From: a virus
Virus record (IMG/VR): IMGVR_UViG_3300033145_000192
Location: 1 to 64,000 of that record
Direction: 5' to 3' (one strand)
Length of the DNA stretch: 64,000 bases
Shown: positions 56,466 to 64,000 of the stretch, piece by piece
Layout: each line of letters starts with the position of its first letter
Numbering within the stretch: the first letter of the stretch is position 1
Translations under genes and position numbers: made by a program
The notes under the pieces: model-generated
The model's database searches: none
What the model saw: only the letters and a program-made list of their open reading frames with translations
Told to the model about the DNA's origin: nothing

Positions 56466-57059
56466 TTATTTGGCCACCTTTTTTGAATTTAGTTTCTTCA
56501 TAAGGGTGCGACCTTCTGCCTGGGTTAGTTCTGACAAGTCCGCAACCGCCCTCTTAACGAGCTTTAGCACCTGTCCAGCATCGACGTTCTTACGCTTTGC
56601 TACAACTCTAATACCCTGAATGGTCTCATCCTTGATAGGGTCGTTGTCAGTGTCTCCACCCGCAACTGGAGCACTACCAACCTCTTCCGCACTCACACGA
56701 CTGATATTGAAGGCACGACGAAGTGCGCGAGCTTCAGCTTTCGCTTCAGCAACAGCTACTAGGTGTAGTGAATATGGCTTGTCATGTGCGGCGGGCGTTG
56801 CGTCTGCGCTACCAGAAAACCTTGTCCCGTCATGGAACTCATACTGAATTGTGACGGATGCGATGGGATTGTCGCGTGCTGGAGTGTGCCTGATGTCCGA
56901 ATGCACAGCCCTAACGCCACCACGGTTATTGTGAGCCAAACGCTGTAGGCCCCTCAACAAAACGCATGGAGTTCCACCCTTCTCGAATGTTTCACTTGGC
57001 TTCAGGTCATCGGTGTAATCGTGGCCTGGGTTGAATGGGTTCAATAGTTCATCCATCAT
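56466..57059 (-). CDS. Putative single-strand annealing protein (Rad52/Sak-like)
   Basis: F.GSADAT, AVAEAKAEARALRRAFNI..VSAEE. Confidence 0.5.
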   Translation of the reverse strand: MMDELLNPFNPGHDYTDDLKPSETFEKGGTPCVLLRGLQRLAHNNRGGVRAVHSDIRHTPARDNPIASVTIQYEFHDGTRFSGSADATPAAHDKPYSLHLVAVAEAKAEARALRRAFNISRVSAEEVGSAPVAGGDTDNDPIKDETIQGIRVVAKRKNVDAGQVLKLVKRAVADLSELTQAEGRTLMKKLNSKKVAK

Positions 57060-57065
57060 ATTCTC

Positions 57066-57752
57066 CTAATAGTTAATTCCATCGTAAATTGTTGAAGGCA
57101 CCGAGCCACTGTCGAACTTCTCTACATAGGCGTCCATCATCTCAAGAGAGTGAATGATGTATGCCTCAACAAACTGTGGCAAAACTGGGCTACTCCACGC
57201 CTTTCGTCCATGATGACTAAGGATGATGTGAAGCAACTTGTCAATTTTCTTCTGGGTAAGCCTATGGTCTGGCTTTTCTCTTGTTGTATTGAAGGTATCT
57301 GCGAGTCTCTGAATGTCTAGTATACCAAATGGTATATGGTGATACAGTGACGCTCTTGGCGAATGGTGATACTCGCTTTTTGGGTCACAGTAACAGACTC
57401 CATGAGCCTCTGTGCTTTTTCCATTTGGACAGGTCTTGGTGTAGCAGTGAATCTTTCCTATATCATGGATTAGGGCTCCAGCTACTACCAACTCCTCATT
57501 CACACGCACTCCAAGCATATTGTAGTGTCTGGCGGTCTGTATACCCAGCTTTGCTACACTAATTGAGTGAAATGCCAAGCCACCCTCATAGGCGTGATGT
57601 ATTTTGCGAGACGACGGAGATGCGAGAAATTCATTCAGAAGCCCTTGGCGTCTGCTAAAAACAAACCGCATGAATTGTCTCATCGGGTTGTCGCGCATCG
57701 CGTCAAAGAGCTTGGTCAAGTCCTGCATCGGGTCAAAATCGGGTGCGTTCAT
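57066..57752 (-). CDS. HD-domain hydrolase (YhaM/Cbf1-like)
   Basis: HHAYEGGL..HS, ALIHDIGK, ILSHHG, P...EA.IIH..EMMDA. Confidence 0.85.
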   Translation of the reverse strand: MNAPDFDPMQDLTKLFDAMRDNPMRQFMRFVFSRRQGLLNEFLASPSSRKIHHAYEGGLAFHSISVAKLGIQTARHYNMLGVRVNEELVVAGALIHDIGKIHCYTKTCPNGKSTEAHGVCYCDPKSEYHHSPRASLYHHIPFGILDIQRLADTFNTTREKPDHRLTQKKIDKLLHIILSHHGRKAWSSPVLPQFVEAYIIHSLEMMDAYVEKFDSGSVPSTIYDGINY

Positions 57753-57984
57753 GCTAATCCTCCACGGTTTGACTATAGTGCGAAGGCGCTACTCGTCAAG
57801 GCGCGTGCTTTCTTTGAGGGCCTCCTCTACGAGCACCCCCAAATCATGTATAAACTCGTGGAATCTATCCCCTGGAATGACTATATCGTCTCCATCAGAG
57901 ACCTCAAGTATACCGGTATGGCGATACAACTTTTCATAAAGTGAAGCAAGCAGGGCTTTTTTGCTTACTCTGATGTTGTGTTTG

Positions 57985-58755
57985 CTATTCGGCATCTAAG
58001 TGATGAACCACCCCTCGTTTACCTGTTTTGATGACCTCGATAATTTGGTTCACAGCCCTACGGCAAAAGGCAAGCGAGTGTGCCGTAGAATGGTCGCGAC
58101 ATCTAATTACTGTCCAGCCAAATCTAGCGAGTGCGTCCTCTTTGCGCTTGTCCTTAGCCATTACTCGTCTCAAGTTTTCTTCTCCATAAATGGGCTCAAA
58201 GTGCGCTGCTCCATCCCACTCAACAGCAACCGATTCGCTAGGAATGGCGATGTCGATTTCCCATTGGTTTCTGGGGCTAAAGTCCGTTGAACGCTGGACG
58301 GTCTTGTATCCTGCTTCAACTAGCAGTTGAGAAACCATGTTCTCATTCTTACTGCCCATTCCACTGTTTTCTCTATTCGCCCTGTGCATCTTGTTGATGT
58401 TCTTTTTCTTTTCTTCTTCGCTCAAGGCTTCCCATTTCTTGATGGCTCGGTCGGCCTGGGCTTGCTTCTTCGCTGCAAGTTGCTCTGGCGTAAGGGCATC
58501 GAGGTGGTCCTGTATTCCTTCAGAAATCCTACGACGCTCTGCTTCGCTGCGCTCCTTACCAGTCATAGGGTGGCCGTGGCGCTCTAGGAAGTTTTTCTGA
58601 GCGGCGCTTTTGCTACGTAGCGGTATTTTGTGCTTGATTAGAGCGCGTCTAACTGTATTTGGATACGTTCCGTGCTCCACACCAATACTACGTGTGCTGC
58701 GGCCTTTGTCCGTATACTCTTCGTCTAGATATTCGTATGTATTCCACTCGCTCAT
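57985..58755 (-). mobile_element. Free-standing homing-endonuclease-like gene (HTH/NUMOD-like repeats plus Vsr-like/DUF559 nuclease)
   Basis: VRRALIKH.I.LRS.S.AQ, HPMTGKERSE..RRRIS, EIDIAIP...VAVEWDG..HF, D.RK...L...GWTVIR. Confidence 0.7.
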
Positions 58756-59376
58756 TTGCCAAGCCTATTCATATGCGGAGCAATGCGTTTTGCCTCATCA
58801 ACAATCTCATCTTCTGTTACTCCATACTTGTCACAGCAGAATTTGAGACCGAAGCGAAGGTCTTTCATGAACATGCTCCTCTGCTCGTCCTTAATTCCAA
58901 ACACTTCCGGAGCTACTTCCGGAACTTCCGGACTCTTTCCGGTGGCTTCCACTAGATATTCTTGAATCTCTAGTTCAGAAAACTTGTTCGCTCTACGCCT
59001 GGTAACAAAGACAAACTTGACGCCATCAATCGTGCGCTCTTGTGTATTAAACTTCATTGATATCAGAACTCCTCCACATTATCTTACGCAAGCGTTTGAT
59101 TTCCGCCTTGTTGTCTTCTGTCAACTCTGCTCCATCTTTTGCAGCAGCGACAATAAGGCCAATCTTGTTAGCAGCCCGCGATACAACGCGATACAACTGA
59201 ATTTTTTTACGATGCCGGTCTATATCCTCTACGTCAAATCCAAACGCACGCTTATAGTCTGCAACTGTAGCATTCTGCTCTACCATGCTGAGAAAGGCTT
59301 GGACGGCTGTAACCGATTTTAGAGCACGTTGAAAGTGTGGATTAGTTCCACAACATCCCCTTGGCTTAAACGGCAT
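58752..59376 (-). other. Two hypothetical ORFs (58752-59057, 59047-59376)
   Basis: Coupled - strand ORFs. Confidence 0.55.
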
Positions 59377-60349
59377 TTGATACCCTCTTTAGGTCAGCCT
59401 CCACCATCTCCTTAATCATGGCTTCAAAGGTATACTTAGAACTCCATTCTAACACATTCTTAGCCTTAGTGGGGTCACCAAGGAGAATGTCAACCTCTGC
59501 TGGTCTGTAGAACTGGGGGTCAACATATACATGTTGCCATGGGTCTAGGTCTAGCTCACCAAATGCAATCTCAAGCAATTCTCTGATACTAAAAGCCTTG
59601 CCAGTGGATACGACAAAGTCGTCTGGCGTGTCTTGTTGTAGCATCAGCCACGCTGCCGTCATGTAGTCATAAGCGTGGCCCCAGTCTCTCTTCGCATCAA
59701 GGTTACCAAGGCCCAGTTTATCCTGAAGCCCCAGCTTGATTCGCGCCGCACCATCAGTAATCTTGCGCGTTACAAACTCAATCCCTCTGCGTGGAGACTC
59801 ATGGTTGAACAATATCCCATTGCACGTAAACATATCGTGTGATTCACGATAGTTGCGTGTCATCCAATAGCCGTATACCTTAGCTACTCCGTATGGACTT
59901 CTAGGATGAAATGGGGTCGTTTCCTTCTGCGGCATTTCCTTGACTAGTCCGAACATTTCCGAACTGCTCGCCTGATAATAGCGCGTGTCTGGCTTGACAT
60001 TTCTGAGAGCCTCCAGACAATTCGTCACGCCGATGGCGGTCACCATGCCAGTGTGGACGGGTTCGCGCCAAGACAAAGCCACGAAGGATTGTGCGGCAAG
60101 GTTGTAGAACTCGTCAGGCTCGTGGGCCTCGACCAGTCTGTGCAGGCTGCCTGAATCTGTTACGTCGGCAAACTCAAGCTCAAAGTCTGGATTCTCAAGT
60201 AAATGCTTGATTCTCCAGTCACCTCCACCCGAGCGCCTTCGCGACATTCCAACAACCTTGTAACCCTTCTCTAGAAGGATATCTGCCAAATAACTGCCAT
60301 CCTGACCAGTTATTCCTGTGATGATTGCGACTTTTCTAGCCATCCCCAC
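59366..60349 (-). CDS. gmd: GDP-mannose 4,6-dehydratase
   Basis: ITGITGQDGSYLA, YNLAAQSFV, YQASSSEMFG, PRSPYGVAK, LFNHESPRRG.EFVTRKI, LGNLDAKRDWGHA. Confidence 0.96.
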   Translation of the reverse strand: MGMARKVAIITGITGQDGSYLADILLEKGYKVVGMSRRRSGGGDWRIKHLLENPDFELEFADVTDSGSLHRLVEAHEPDEFYNLAAQSFVALSWREPVHTGMVTAIGVTNCLEALRNVKPDTRYYQASSSEMFGLVKEMPQKETTPFHPRSPYGVAKVYGYWMTRNYRESHDMFTCNGILFNHESPRRGIEFVTRKITDGAARIKLGLQDKLGLGNLDAKRDWGHAYDYMTAAWLMLQQDTPDDFVVSTGKAFSIRELLEIAFGELDLDPWQHVYVDPQFYRPAEVDILLGDPTKAKNVLEWSSKYTFEAMIKEMVEADLKRVSNAV

Positions 60350-60427
60350 TCCTCATACTGCTTATTTCTAACAACCTCTGCATGCCTCATGAATCTCTTC
60401 CTGGCATCTCCAGTATATCCGTAATAG

Positions 60428-60841
60428 TCAGCTATCTTCTTTAGGTCTACGGTCGTGTTCTTCACACACTTCAATGCTCTCATGGCAGTTTCTTTCGGGC
60501 TCACATTCCTTCCGGCCATAGTCGTCCTCCATTCTCACAACATCTTCAAGTTCAGTAGAGCTGATTTCTACAATTAGCGCATCCGAAGTTGGCGGCGCTT
60601 CTAGTCTATGGACCATCAATGGGGCAATAAGGTATGGAACAAGTTCCTTCATCTTATACTTTACGCTTTCACGAAGCAGAATAGCACATCCGGAGACCAA
60701 GAACATTGTCTCAGTCTTCTTTTCGTGGTATTGCTTTGACAGCCTGCACCCAGATTTTACGTATATCTCTTTTACGACATACCTATCGGTCTTACTAATG
60801 ATTCGTTCATAGCCCCATGGCTTATGAATCACATTCTCCAT
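60428..60841 (-). CDS. Cupin (mannose-6-phosphate isomerase-like)
   Basis: KPWGYE, LSKQYHEKKTETM, HRLEA, EISSTEL.DVVR.EDDYGR. Confidence 0.85.
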   Translation of the reverse strand: MENVIHKPWGYERIISKTDRYVVKEIYVKSGCRLSKQYHEKKTETMFLVSGCAILLRESVKYKMKELVPYLIAPLMVHRLEAPPTSDALIVEISSTELEDVVRMEDDYGRKECEPERNCHESIEVCEEHDRRPKEDS

Positions 60842-61142
60842 TTTCGGTGCTTCCATCTGCTGCCTTGGCATCTTCGGAATCCCGCTCGGCCTTCTCCACA
60901 ATGGCCAACCTTTTGATTTCTTCATCGCGCCTCCTGCGACGTGCGGCTTCTAGCCGTCTTTTTTGGGCCTTTTCTACAATGTATATCGTCTTTAGCTCGT
61001 CACGATATGCTTCAATTTTCACCAGATGCTTTTTCAGTGTTGGGACGCGAATACCAATCCTTGCGAATTCATTCGCTGGCCTGTTTCTGTCACATAGCCA
61101 CAAGAATCTCTCCAGCCAATCTGTTCTGGTCATAACGACCTC

Positions 61143-61808
61143 CTATATCTGTATTTTAAGACCTTCAAGCCTAATCGTCAGGTTCTTGACAGAGAGGTCT
61201 TCAAATCGCTTCAAATGCCAGGTCCTACACCCTGCCTCTACGGCAGAAATAATACCCTTAGTCATCGAGTCATCTATGGCTAGACACTGCTTAGAGCGCA
61301 GTTTCAGTTCAAGATATGCCTTAATGAAAGGCCATGGGTGTGGCTTTATCCTATCGTGCTTCACATCCGAATTCGTAACCAATACATCGAACTCATCTGA
61401 CAAACCAACCATATTAAGCATCATAGTTGCTGTTGGATAGCTACAGTTCGTAACAATGCCAATCTTCATGCCAATACTCTTGGCATATACTAATACATCA
61501 GTAACGCGCTTCGTAGGCTTACACTTTTCACGAATCAGTTCAACTGTCTTTGTCTGCTTGAATGTGTGGAGTTTGTCTAAAACCCCTTGGTCATCAGGCA
61601 ATCTCTCTAGCTTAACTAGCATAGCTAACTTCTTACGAGAACTCAAGCCGTTAAAGTCTATGTCGTGTTCTTTGTCGGTTAAGGGCTCATAGCCATGCTC
61701 AGTAAGCATCAAGTTGAATGCTTCCTTGTGCCAATCGGCAGCATCGACCAGAACACCGTCCAAATCAAAAAGAATTGCACGGATTCCATGGTCTAGTTTA
61801 TCTTCCAT
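61143..61808 (-). CDS. HAD-superfamily phosphatase
   Basis: LFDLDGVLVD..DWH..AFN, VTN, KPHP, AIDDS. Confidence 0.9.
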   Translation of the reverse strand: MEDKLDHGIRAILFDLDGVLVDAADWHKEAFNLMLTEHGYEPLTDKEHDIDFNGLSSRKKLAMLVKLERLPDDQGVLDKLHTFKQTKTVELIREKCKPTKRVTDVLVYAKSIGMKIGIVTNCSYPTATMMLNMVGLSDEFDVLVTNSDVKHDRIKPHPWPFIKAYLELKLRSKQCLAIDDSMTKGIISAVEAGCRTWHLKRFEDLSVKNLTIRLEGLKIQI

Positions 61809-62203
61809 ACTGCTTTACCTCATCTATCACGTCAACCTCCCCTGCGATTATAGCGTGACTTATCGCTCGGTCAATGGCAGTTTTTAATTGTGCCCGCTGT
61901 TTGCAAAGCTCTACATCTCTGCTGGCATTTTCAACAATTTCGCTCTTTGTGAAATCTCCTGGTGCTTTGACAATCTCAGCCTTCTTGTCACATACGTTAA
62001 ACAGCTTGATATTAGCGATGCACAGTTCCTCTATGAGTTGGCCAATCTTCATTTGAACTCCAATTTACAAATACGACACCAATTTGGTCTCTCGATGGGG
62101 TAGTTTTCCCATTTCATGTATAAATGACCACATAACGGACATTGGTTATGGGGCCCTGGCGCTGAATGCCAGACAGCCCCACACTTCATGCACTTGTTAT
62201 GGG

Positions 62204-63094
62204 CTACGTATATTTCACGTTGTCCCACGTTGCTAGGTCCAATCCATATCTTTGCAGAACTACCCTATTGCGCTCCTCACACTGAGCCCTCGTGAACTTC
62301 AGTGTGTTTCCGAAGTGCGTAAATCCGCCCCAATGCTGGTGTAGGCCCCACTGTTGCCTACGACTCTTGACGACATGGACACACTCATCAAATGCGCGGC
62401 CATATGGTCCCATCTTGTCTTTGTAAACATCGACCTGTGGGATTAGGGCTTCCCCACTTCCCTCTTCGTGCGTTGCCCTATGAATGTTGCCGATAAGCGC
62501 CCACTCAGTCGCTTTGACTTCTAGGTCACCTATGACGGGCATATCATACATGTAGCCGGTGTGCTTGCAGAAGTGGTGGTCTACGGCAAATAGCTGCGGC
62601 ATAAGCTCATGGCCAAACCACTTGAGGTGATAGTCCTTGCCAAGCCCGCAGGGATTTTCAATGTGCCACGGGCCTCCCGCGCCGAGTTGGTCTGCCGCTA
62701 CTGGCTTGCCGGTTTTCTTCCAGCGCCTAAGCTCGTCAAACAGGCCATCCTCTCCTAGTAGCAAAATGTCTCCGTGCATGTGGAAGATGCTGTCAATTAG
62801 CCCATGCTCTCGTTCCATATCCTTCATCTCAAGCATACCGTGCTCAATCTGTTTCATGATAGAAATGGAGACAAGCACCTTGAAATAAGGTCCAACGATA
62901 TCATCAAGATGCACGACGCGGGTATAAGGGTCGTTATTGTAAGTAATACTACGGTCAGTATCCCCGCTAATAACGAGAACAATAGGAGCGGTGGCAGTAT
63001 TCTTCCACTTAGTCCGTAGCATATCAATTGTAAACTGAACCTCGCGCAATTGGTCAAATGCCGTGATAAGAAACCCAACCTCATTTTTTACCAT
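62204..63094 (-). CDS. Putative glycosyltransferase-like protein
   Basis: N-terminal GFLITAFD strand and MHGDI (DXD-like); nucleotide-sugar cluster context. Confidence 0.5.
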   Translation of the reverse strand: MVKNEVGFLITAFDQLREVQFTIDMLRTKWKNTATAPIVLVISGDTDRSITYNNDPYTRVVHLDDIVGPYFKVLVSISIMKQIEHGMLEMKDMEREHGLIDSIFHMHGDILLLGEDGLFDELRRWKKTGKPVAADQLGAGGPWHIENPCGLGKDYHLKWFGHELMPQLFAVDHHFCKHTGYMYDMPVIGDLEVKATEWALIGNIHRATHEEGSGEALIPQVDVYKDKMGPYGRAFDECVHVVKSRRQQWGLHQHWGGFTHFGNTLKFTRAQCEERNRVVLQRYGLDLATWDNVKYT

Positions 63095-63882
63095 TCCCAG
63101 CCTTCCTTCTTGCACTTCTTTACGAAGGCATCCAAATCCTCCGGTGTCCCCAATCCATGCATTACGTGAATAGGGTAAACACCAATTCGCTTCTGTAGTT
63201 CAATCATTTCGTTGAACACAGGACAAACGTAGAACTCATCGTTGACGCGGATATTCTTGCCCATCATGCGGTGCGCGGCCTCAACAAAGTCCTTTCCGTG
63301 CCTATACCAATAGATGCCAACGGTTGCACGATTGCTGATGACCTTCTTTTCTGCGACCGCAGTCACATATCCACTGCATGAGTCTACCTTTGCGTAGCTC
63401 CACTTTGGATGTGTAGCGTGGAAGGTGGCCATCGTTGCGTCCAATCCGCGAATTGCGGCATCGTTAATCATGTCCTGTATGTTGTCGCTCTCCTGCCACC
63501 TCACACCGATGTTTTCGAAGTTTCGCAACCAGACAACCTTCGACATGTCATTCCACACAGTCATTTGGTCACTGTTGGCAATGATAAGCGGCTCGTCTGT
63601 GTTGATTCTATCCTCTGCCAACAGAACGGTGCAAGCTGCCCCTTCAGTGATTTCATCTACGTAAATCACATTGGTCGCAAAGCTCATGTGTTGTTTTATG
63701 TAGCTTTCATGCTCTCGTCTGGCCAAGAAAATGAAGCGATATGGCTCATAGGGCGAGAGATTCTCTGTTACGTGCTCAATCATACTGCGGCCACACACGT
63801 CGATAAATGGCTTGGGCACCAGATATCCGGCGTCCGCAAAGCGACTGCCTCTGCCAGCCATAGGTATTACGATATTAAGCAC
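63088..63882 (-). CDS. Sugar-phosphate nucleotidyltransferase (dTDP-glucose pyrophosphorylase-like)
   Basis: IVIPMAGRGSRF..AGY..PKPFI, TEGAACTVL, IANSDQ, KWSYAK, AEKK.IS..ATVGIY, GLGTPEDL. Confidence 0.9.
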   Translation of the reverse strand: MLNIVIPMAGRGSRFADAGYLVPKPFIDVCGRSMIEHVTENLSPYEPYRFIFLARREHESYIKQHMSFATNVIYVDEITEGAACTVLLAEDRINTDEPLIIANSDQMTVWNDMSKVVWLRNFENIGVRWQESDNIQDMINDAAIRGLDATMATFHATHPKWSYAKVDSCSGYVTAVAEKKVISNRATVGIYWYRHGKDFVEAAHRMMGKNIRVNDEFYVCPVFNEMIELQKRIGVYPIHVMHGLGTPEDLDAFVKKCKKEGWEW

Positions 63883-64000
63883 AGCACACCTCCATTAGAT
63901 ATTTCGTTATCTGATATGGGTCCGCATTTGCTCCTGGGCGACGGTCTTCGATGTATCCACCGTCACTTTGCTCCACATGCACAGGAATCCTAACAGATGC

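Noticed and set aside
63409-63993. Long antisense or alternative-frame ORFs (also 6685-7464, 24645-25226, 60817-61440)
   Set aside because: They overlap motif-bearing genes in other frames or on the opposite strand and have no recognisable features
1-64000. Stop-codon reassignment (TAG or TGA read as sense)
   Set aside because: Well-conserved genes end at TAG (ligase, rIIB), TGA (rIIA, RNA ligase) and TAA at their expected C-termini, and I found no CTA, TCA or TTA anticodon tRNA

Overview
64 kb of what is most likely a large (jumbo-type) bacteriophage genome read with the standard genetic code; the host cannot be inferred from this window. Bases 1-51.7 kb are almost all + strand. They carry DNA and RNA repair genes (ATP-dependent DNA ligase, a WGR-PARP, RuvB, a sigma factor, a Pnkp/DHH/RNA ligase cluster, rIIA/rIIB) and a translation-support island: tmRNA, peptide deformylase, PhoH, an IF3 C-domain, an L7/L12-like domain and 43 tRNAs covering all 20 amino acids. 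Bases 51.7-64 kb are a - strand block of probable virion, recombination and nucleotide-sugar genes. The most unusual content is non-coding. (1) A ~600-nt ROOL-like RNA has two tRNA-like domains inserted in it. (2) Three circularly permuted tRNA mimics are present, two of them Y-RNA-like and directly behind a promoter-driven helical-protein gene. (3) Several tRNA bodies have the anticodon or variable arm replaced or expanded. (4) The IF3-C gene is interrupted by a prfB-like UUU-UAG-C +1 shift site. (5) A leader-peptide attenuator-like element sits at the head of the tRNA array. All RNA structures were paired by hand and family assignments come from remembered motifs; none was confirmed by a database search.
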